Assembly (NCBI GenBank): GCA_964456855.1 | Contig: CAYWCU010000001.1 | Location: forward strand, 8,442 to 72,441 | Origin: an uncultured Candidatus Saccharibacteria bacterium | GTDB taxonomy: Bacteria; Patescibacteriota; Minisyncoccia; UBA9983 | Reading direction: 5' to 3' | Length of the DNA stretch: 64,000 nt | Shown: positions 63,790-64,000 of the stretch, one piece after another | How positions within the stretch are numbered: the first letter of the stretch is position 1 | Layout: the number at the start of each line of letters is the position of its first letter | Translations under genes and position numbers: made by a program | Notes under the pieces: model-generated | Database searches by the model: none | What the model was told of the DNA's origin: nothing | The model's input: the letters and a program-made list of their open reading frames with translations, nothing else

Positions 63790-64000
63790 TTATTGCAACC
63801 CTCTTAAGGCGAGTCCCAAGGCTACGGAAAAGGCGGGACCCGCATCTTTTAAAACTTCGGCCAAAAAGGCGGGATATTCAGTCTTTGAAAAGGGTTCCGC
63901 CAATGCCGTTTCCAAACTTAACTTTTTGACCGCGAAGGCAACCATACCGTTTAACAAAGAACCTCCTCCTGTTAAAACAACTTTGCTGACGGCGCGACCC
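63790..64000 (-). CDS. pilM: PilM, 3' part (runs off the window)
   Basis: VVLTGGGSLL...PAFSVALGLALR. Confidence 0.85.
   Translation of the reverse strand, partial: GRAVSKVVLTGGGSLLNGMVAFAVKKLSLETALAEPFSKTEYPAFLAEVLKDAGPAFSVALGLALRGLQ

Overview
Chromosomal segment of a Patescibacteria/CPR bacterium, most likely Parcubacteria. This is judged from 16S signature substitutions, a 16S gene unlinked from 23S, a short RF2, a CPR-type VirD4/HerA-like ATPase and a complete type IV pilus cluster. Genetic code 11. Contents: one 16S rRNA, nine tRNAs, cell-wall/division/translation genes (murD, murB, ftsEX, obgE, prfB, gatCA, ligA), a ~16 kb plus-strand variable/defence island after tRNA-Gln (NYN and PemK/MazF RNases, EcoRI-type MTase, DUF262-HNH, C5-MTase, GHKL ATPase) and a pil cluster at the right end. 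Main observations: (1) The 16S has lost the anti-Shine-Dalgarno (GAUUAAAUCC instead of GAUCACCUCC) and many core genes look leaderless, yet nine scattered stand-alone genes (three peptidases, a phosphatase, five unknowns) carry a strong SD. Each has its own sigma70-type promoter and terminator, and most have a boxA-like motif, one identical to the rRNA leader. (2) Two orphan RNase-toxin genes each have a convergent promoter and a small GNRA-hairpin RNA at the 3' end, inside cassettes bounded by a 29-42 bp repeat derived from the end of a GIY-YIG gene. (3) A PaaX/Cas2-like gene is bracketed by identical long perfect palindromes. (4) Three tRNA 3' ends abut or overlap start codons. All functional calls come from motif recognition by eye; no database searches were run.
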